Of a stretch of DNA of 32,337 nucleotides, positions 27,172-32,337 are shown piece by piece (within the stretch, counting starts at the first letter, position 1; each line of letters opens with the position of its first letter). The stretch is taken from the NCBI GenBank assembly GCA_001871685.1, contig MNVK01000044.1, positions 1 through 32,337 on the forward strand. Direction: 5' to 3'. The translations under genes were made by a program, and so were the position numbers. The notes beneath the pieces are model-generated. The model did not search any database, was not told the DNA's origin, and worked only from the letters and a program-made list of their open reading frames with translations. The DNA comes from Nitrospirae bacterium CG1_02_44_142. GTDB lineage: Bacteria > Nitrospirota > Thermodesulfovibrionia > Thermodesulfovibrionales > UBA1546.

Positions 27172-28428
27172 CTACTCCCTAATCTGCCCGTCCCCAAGCA
27201 CTATAAACTTAGTGCATGTGAGTTCTTCAAGCCCCATCGGCCCCCTTGCATGAATCTTGTCAGTTGATATTCCTATCTCAGCGCCGAGGCCGAACTGATA
27301 CCCGTCATTCAATCTCGTTGACGCATTAACGAAAACAGCGGATGAATCAACCTCACGCAGGAAGCGCATCGCCTTCTCATAATTCTCTGTAACAATAGCG
27401 TCAGAATGCGCTGAGCTGTATTTTGCGATGTGCTCTATTGCTTCATCCATATCCTTGACAACCTTCACATTCAGAATAAGGTCCAGATACTCCATATAGA
27501 AATCATCTTCTCTTACGGCAGCGATGGATTTATCTATCTTTCTTGTCTCAGGACATCCCTTAAGGCTGACCTTTGCCGCTTTGAACCTCTTAATCATTGA
27601 TGGGAGAAATGCCTTTGCAACCTTCTTGTCAACAAGCATTGTCTCCATTGCATTGCAAGTGCCGGGCCTCTGGACTTTTGCATTAAAGCATATATCCTCA
27701 GCCATTTTAAGGTCAGCGGCCCTGTCAACAAAAATATGGCACACACCCTTATAATGTTTAAGCACCGGGATTCTTGAATTTGCCGTGACTGTTCTTATCA
27801 GCCCTTCGCCCCCCCGCGGGATTATGAGGTCAATAATCCCCTCAAGTTTAAGCATCTCCATCACTGCTTCTCTTTCAGGTATATCAATAAATGTTATTGC
27901 GTCTTCATCAAGCCCCGCTGTCTTTGCGGCATCTCTCAATATCTTTACAATCGCCTTGTTTGAATTTATCGCCTCAGAGCCTCCGCGCAGAATGACCGCA
28001 TTTCCTGCCTTTAAGCATAGGCTTGATGCATCTGCCGTTACATTAGGCCTTGATTCATATATGATTCCGATAACTCCGATAGGCACGCGCATCTTTCCGA
28101 CAACCATCCCATTGGGCCTCTCCCACATCCTTATCACTTCTCCAACAGGGTCTGGAAGCGCGGCAACCTCAATCAATCCCTGCGCCATCTCATTTATGCG
28201 CTCGTCATTCAGGGCCAGCCTGTCTATCATCGCCTTTGAAAGCCCTTTCTTCTCTGCAAAGGCAATGTCTTTTTTGTTTTCTTTTATAAGTTCTGCTTTG
28301 CGTTTTTTAAGCGCAGCCGCCATCTTTAAAAGCGCATTGTTCTTTTCTTTAGAAGACGCCTTTGCAAGCAGCCTGGCGCCCTCTTTGGCTGCCTTCGCCT
28401 TTTTCAGAACATAAGCCTTAATATCCAT
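27172..28428 (-). CDS. proA: Gamma-glutamyl phosphate reductase
   Basis: PIGVIGIIYESRPNVT, IPRGG, CNAMET, FGLGAEIGISTDKIHARGPMGL. Confidence 0.98.
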   Translation of the reverse strand: MDIKAYVLKKAKAAKEGARLLAKASSKEKNNALLKMAAALKKRKAELIKENKKDIAFAEKKGLSKAMIDRLALNDERINEMAQGLIEVAALPDPVGEVIRMWERPNGMVVGKMRVPIGVIGIIYESRPNVTADASSLCLKAGNAVILRGGSEAINSNKAIVKILRDAAKTAGLDEDAITFIDIPEREAVMEMLKLEGIIDLIIPRGGEGLIRTVTANSRIPVLKHYKGVCHIFVDRAADLKMAEDICFNAKVQRPGTCNAMETMLVDKKVAKAFLPSMIKRFKAAKVSLKGCPETRKIDKSIAAVREDDFYMEYLDLILNVKVVKDMDEAIEHIAKYSSAHSDAIVTENYEKAMRFLREVDSSAVFVNASTRLNDGYQFGLGAEIGISTDKIHARGPMGLEELTCTKFIVLGDGQIRE

Positions 28429-28442
28429 CTTTCCTCCGGATT

Positions 28443-29012
28443 TTATATTCGCAATTTCAGGAAGTTTTTAAGAAGTGTTTTCCCGACTTTTGTAAGTATT
28501 GACTCAGGATGAAACTGCACGCCTTCAACAATAAACTCTTTATGCCTCACTCCCATTATTTCATCCTGCTCAGTCCATGCGGTAATCTCAAGGCAGTCAG
28601 GCAGGGTCTCTTTTTTAATTATCAGCGAATGATATCTTGTTGCCTCAAATGGATTCGGAAGCCCTTCATATATTGTCTTTCCGTCGTGATATATCATAGA
28701 CGTCTTGCCGTGCATGAGCCTCGGCGCCCTTATTATGTCTCCGCCGAATGCAGCGCCGATTGCCTGATGCCCAAGACATACGCCAAGAATAGGAATCTTG
28801 CCTGCAAAATGTTTTATGACATCAACAGAAACTCCTGCTTCTTTAGGAGTGCACGGCCCCGGAGAAATAACAATCCTTTCAGGTTTTAATTCTTCAATAT
28901 CTTTTATCGTAACCCTGTCATTCCTAAACACCTTTATATCCTCTCCAAGCTCTCCAAGATGCTGGACGAGGTTGTAGGTAAAGGAATCATAATTATCTAT
29001 CATCAATAGCAT
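28443..29012 (-). CDS. trpG: Anthranilate synthase component II (class I glutamine amidotransferase)
   Basis: [34 protein letters not shown]; follows trpE (may also serve as PabA). Confidence 0.95.
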   Translation of the reverse strand: MLLMIDNYDSFTYNLVQHLGELGEDIKVFRNDRVTIKDIEELKPERIVISPGPCTPKEAGVSVDVIKHFAGKIPILGVCLGHQAIGAAFGGDIIRAPRLMHGKTSMIYHDGKTIYEGLPNPFEATRYHSLIIKKETLPDCLEITAWTEQDEIMGVRHKEFIVEGVQFHPESILTKVGKTLLKNFLKLRI

Positions 29013-29015
29013 ACC

Positions 29016-30503
29016 TTAACCCAGCCCCTTCTCTGCCATCTCCACCGCCTTCATCATCCCCATAGCCTTATTCACTGTTTCAGTGTATTCCCTCTCTGGC
29101 ACTGAATCAGCTACTATCCCTGCGCCTGCCTGAACATAAACCTTCCCGTCTTTTATTATAAGCGTTCTTATCGTAATGCACGTATCCATATTCCCTGAAT
29201 AGCTGAAATATCCCACAGAGCCGGCATAAGGCCCTCTTTTAATCGGCTCAAGTTCATCTATAATCTCCATTGCCCGAACCTTTGGAGCGCCGCTCACAGT
29301 GCCTGCCGGAAAACAGGCCCGAAGCACATCAAAGGCATCAAGATTTTTCTCCAGCTTTCCTTCAACATTAGAAACCATATGCATCACATGGCTGTATCTT
29401 TCAACACCCATCAACTCTGTCACATTAACAGAACCTTTCTCGGAAACCCTGCCGACATCATTCCTTCCGAGGTCCACAAGCATTATATGCTCTGCCATCT
29501 CCTTCGGGTCTTTTTTAAGTTCCTCTTCCAGAGCCTTATCCTCTGCCTCTGTTTCACCCCTTTTCCTGGTGCCTGCGATTGGCCTGAGGACAACTTTTTC
29601 TCCTTCAAGCCGCACAAGTATCTCTGGAGATGAGCCGACAATCTCCGCGTCTCCCGTGTCAATGTAATACATGTAAGGTGAAGGATTAATCACACGAAGC
29701 GCACGGTAAACATCAAAAGGCTCAACATCAGATTTGCGCTCAAATCTCTGCGAGAGCACAACCTGAAATATGTCTCCGGCCGCAATATATTCTTTTGACT
29801 TAAGCACAGCCTCCTCAAAAGCCTCTTTCGTCTTAAAACTTGATGCGAATTTCTGTTGCTTAGTGTTTTTTGTTTTAACTTTTAACTTTAAACTTTTAAC
29901 TTTAAACTTTCTTAGCCTTTCTACTATGTCCTCTATCTTCTCCACTGCCTCTTTATACGCCTTTGCAGGGCTTTTTCCGTCTACATGGACATTAGAGACT
30001 ATCTTTATCTTCTGCTTAAGGCTGTCAAATATGAGCATTGTGTCAGCAAGCATAAAGAACATATCAGGCATATCAATGCCGGGTTTTTTGCTGTCTGGGA
30101 CACGCTCAAAGAACCTGACCATGTCATAGCCCATATATCCGACAAGCCCCCCTGAAAATCTCGGAAGCCCCGGGACAGCGACAGGCATGTAAAGAGCTAT
30201 CTCTTTTTTTAGCGCATCCACAGGGTCCTCTGCCTCAAATACAACCGGCTTCCTGCCTCTTTCTCTTATCTCTATCTTCTTCCCCTGCCCCTTTATAATC
30301 TTTGACGGATTAGTTCCGAGAAAGGAATATCTGGCCCATTTTTCTCCTCCGACAACACTCTCAAGCAGGAAGGAAGGGCTTTTGCCAATCTTCAAAAATG
30401 CAGAGACGGGAGTGTCAAAATCAGCGAGGACTTCCCTATAGACAGGGATGAGATTTCCCTTTCTGCATAGAGACTTAAACTCTTTAAGGTCAGGATACAG
30501 CAT
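29016..30503 (-). CDS. trpE: Anthranilate synthase component I
   Basis: FLLESV.GGE..ARYS, NPSPYM, PIAGT, EHIMLVDLGRND, GTVSGAPK; ATG at 30503 preferred. Confidence 0.97.
   Translation of the reverse strand: MLYPDLKEFKSLCRKGNLIPVYREVLADFDTPVSAFLKIGKSPSFLLESVVGGEKWARYSFLGTNPSKIIKGQGKKIEIRERGRKPVVFEAEDPVDALKKEIALYMPVAVPGLPRFSGGLVGYMGYDMVRFFERVPDSKKPGIDMPDMFFMLADTMLIFDSLKQKIKIVSNVHVDGKSPAKAYKEAVEKIEDIVERLRKFKVKSLKLKVKTKNTKQQKFASSFKTKEAFEEAVLKSKEYIAAGDIFQVVLSQRFERKSDVEPFDVYRALRVINPSPYMYYIDTGDAEIVGSSPEILVRLEGEKVVLRPIAGTRKRGETEAEDKALEEELKKDPKEMAEHIMLVDLGRNDVGRVSEKGSVNVTELMGVERYSHVMHMVSNVEGKLEKNLDAFDVLRACFPAGTVSGAPKVRAMEIIDELEPIKRGPYAGSVGYFSYSGNMDTCITIRTLIIKDGKVYVQAGAGIVADSVPEREYTETVNKAMGMMKAVEMAEKGLG
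29874..29908. repeat. Heptamer array inside trpE
   Basis: TTTAACT TTTAACT TTAAACT TTTAACT TTAAACT, read as KFKVKSLKLKVK on the minus strand. Confidence 0.8.
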
Positions 30504-30504
30504 A

Positions 30505-30534
30505 TTGACAAACAAGTCCTTTTTTCATTATTCT
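30505..30534 (+). promoter_or_regulatory. Putative promoter for tRNA-Gly/Cys, back-to-back with the trpE start
   Basis: TTGACA (30505-30510), 18 nt, TATTCT (30529-30534). Confidence 0.4.
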
Positions 30535-30555
30535 TGATAGTATACATTAGGAATC

Positions 30556-30661
30556 AGTTAGAAGTTAAGAGTTGGAAGTTAGAAGTTACAAGTTAAGAGT
30601 TCTTTAAATCTTTAATTTTTAGTTTCCAATTTTTAACTTTAAACTTATAATTCTTAACTTT
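30556..30661. repeat. Inverted pair of heptamer arrays in the tRNA-Gly leader
   Basis: AGTTAGA AGTTAAG AGTTGGA AGTTAGA AGTTACA AGTTAAG then TTTAATT/TTTAACT/CTTAACT-type units. Confidence 0.8.
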
Positions 30662-30670
30662 TCTTTTTAT

Positions 30671-30745
<75 letters not shown>

Positions 30746-30754
30746 TAAAAAGAC

Positions 30755-30823
30755 CGTAATGCGTAATGCGTTAAGCGTAGTGAGTAAAAAATACTCGTCA
30801 CGCATTACGGATTACGCATTACG
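30755..30823. repeat. Inverted pair of heptamer arrays between tRNA-Gly and tRNA-Cys
   Basis: CGTAATG CGTAATG CGTTAAG CGTA, central GAGTA/TACTC stem, then TCACG CATTACG GATTACG CATTACG. Confidence 0.85.
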
Positions 30824-30828
30824 TTATC

Positions 30829-30904
30829 GGCGGCGTACCCAAGTGGCTAAGGGGGAGGTCTGCAAAACCTTTATGCAGCGGTTCAAATCCGCTCGCCGCC
30901 TCCA
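30829..30904 (+). tRNA. tRNA-Cys (GCA)
   Basis: GGCGGCG/CGCCGCC stem, T73, CCA; anticodon loop CTGCAAA. Confidence 0.96.
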
Positions 30905-30974
30905 GTTCTTTGCATTGCTCCCCTTAAATTATCACTTGAAATTTCTGGCTGAAGAAGGAAATAATACAAATACC

Positions 30975-31376
30975 ATGCGGGCTAAGATAACGCCATTTTG
31001 TCTGCTTCTGTGCATTGCGCTTTTATCTTCAGGCTGTGCAAGCATCCTGTTGGCAGGCGCAAGCGGCGGAGCCGCATACACATTAACAAATGTCGCATAT
31101 AAGACTATTAGTTTCCCAATTGAGCAGGTAGAAAATGCAGCGCATAGAGCTCTGAAAAAGATGGGGATAAAAGAGTCGGGGAAGAAAAAAATAGAAAACG
31201 GCGTAGAGATTTCAGCAACAACTGCTGAATTGAAGATTTATATAGAGCTTGAAAGGATTACAGCCAAGTCAACAAAGATTAGCGTAGATGCAAAAAAGGG
31301 GACATTTATTAAAGACAGGGCAACAGCGACAGAGATAATAGAGCAGACCGAAAGGATTCTGGAAGGAAGAAAGTGA
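30975..31376 (+). CDS. Lipoprotein, DUF3568-like
   Basis: ATG at 30975; lipobox LSSGC followed by a Gly/Ala-rich stretch; family assignment from recall. Confidence 0.7.
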   Translation: MRAKITPFCLLLCIALLSSGCASILLAGASGGAAYTLTNVAYKTISFPIEQVENAAHRALKKMGIKESGKKKIENGVEISATTAELKIYIELERITAKSTKISVDAKKGTFIKDRATATEIIEQTERILEGRK

Positions 31377-31561
31377 GATTCAGCGAGTTGGTGAGACTGT
31401 TAGGAGAGCATGGTTTTAGAATCGTTAAAGAAAAAGGGTCAATAAGATATTACGGGAAATCTGGATGGGATAAGTTGGTCAGGGTGGATTTTCACGGCTC
31501 AAAAGAGGTTCCTACAGGGACTTGCTATGCTATACTAAAAGCAGCAGGCATAAAGAAGTAG
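31373..31561 (+). CDS. hicA: HicA-family toxin
   Basis: ELVRLL..HGF....KGS....V..H...EVP.GT..AILK.AGI; precedes hicB. Confidence 0.85.
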   Translation: MRFSELVRLLGEHGFRIVKEKGSIRYYGKSGWDKLVRVDFHGSKEVPTGTCYAILKAAGIKK

Positions 31562-31579
31562 AAGCATCGGGGGTGTAAA

Positions 31580-31825
31580 ATGATTGAATTAGAATATTCA
31601 TTGGTGATTGAGGCCACAGATGAGCCTGATTATTTTGGATTTTATTCTCCGGATTTAGAGGGTTTCACGGGCATAGGGCATTCTATCGAGGACTGCCTTT
31701 ATAAGGCAAAATGGGGAATGGGAGAACACATTAATCTATTAAAAGAGAAGGGACTGCCCGTTCCTTCCAAAAATCTAAATCCGAAAATCATTATCCAGAA
31801 CCAGCAAGAATTGGTAAACGCTTAA
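31580..31825 (+). CDS. hicB: HicB-family antitoxin (short form)
   Basis: Y.LVIE......YSPDLEG....G.SIED.L.......HI..L.E.G.PVP. Confidence 0.87.
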   Translation: MIELEYSLVIEATDEPDYFGFYSPDLEGFTGIGHSIEDCLYKAKWGMGEHINLLKEKGLPVPSKNLNPKIIIQNQQELVNA

Positions 31826-32080
31826 CGTTTGTCGACTCCAAAACTCTCAGATTTATTTCTTAACTCTTAGCATTACTTAGAAAGAGTTGCTATAATTTGC
31901 AGAATACACGCAAATGGAAGAACAAAAAATAATTAGCCCCCCAAAACCCTTTTGGAATATAACATCCCAAATATTTCTTTATCTAATGTTCTGTTTTATG
32001 TTGGCTGGATTTAAAGTGCATTTCTGGTAATTAATGCTTCCTTGGGCCTTGAGAGCAATTAGATAATAATTCGAATAAAT

Positions 32081-32337
<257 letters not shown>

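Noticed and set aside
30759-30974. N-terminal extension of the 205-aa ORF
   Set aside because: Runs through a repeat array and tRNA-Cys; the signal peptide starts at ATG 30975.
31826-32080. Gene or ncRNA between hicB and serS
   Set aside because: AT-rich, no ORF of 60 aa or more and no convincing structure.

Overview
Bacterial chromosomal window, mostly housekeeping: pth-rplY-prs-tRNA-Gln-ispE-TPR lipoprotein, lolC/E-lolD, a SWIB-domain protein, guaB, ychF-ruvB-ruvA, a complete rnfCDGEAB operon, trpD, proA-trpG-trpE, partial serS and five tRNAs. Gene content resembles an anaerobic Nitrospirota/deltaproteobacteria-like genome (inference). Accessory DNA occurs in four places: (1) a DUF433/PIN toxin-antitoxin pair behind tRNA-Met; (2) a ~2.7 kb AT-rich element at the 3' end of tRNA-Ser(TGA), bounded by a TGGCGG direct repeat and GC-rich subterminal inverted repeats, with no recombinase, carrying XRE regulator + N4-C methyltransferase + HNH nuclease + small ORF + a 5'-truncated second methyltransferase; (3) three exported-protein genes including an M23 peptidase with a Cys-rich tail; (4) a HicAB pair behind tRNA-Gly/Cys. 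The backbone is peppered with 7/8-nt-period arrays (often as inverted pairs) and small palindromic elements, several lying in-frame inside housekeeping genes. Family assignments come from motif recognition and recall, not from database searches.
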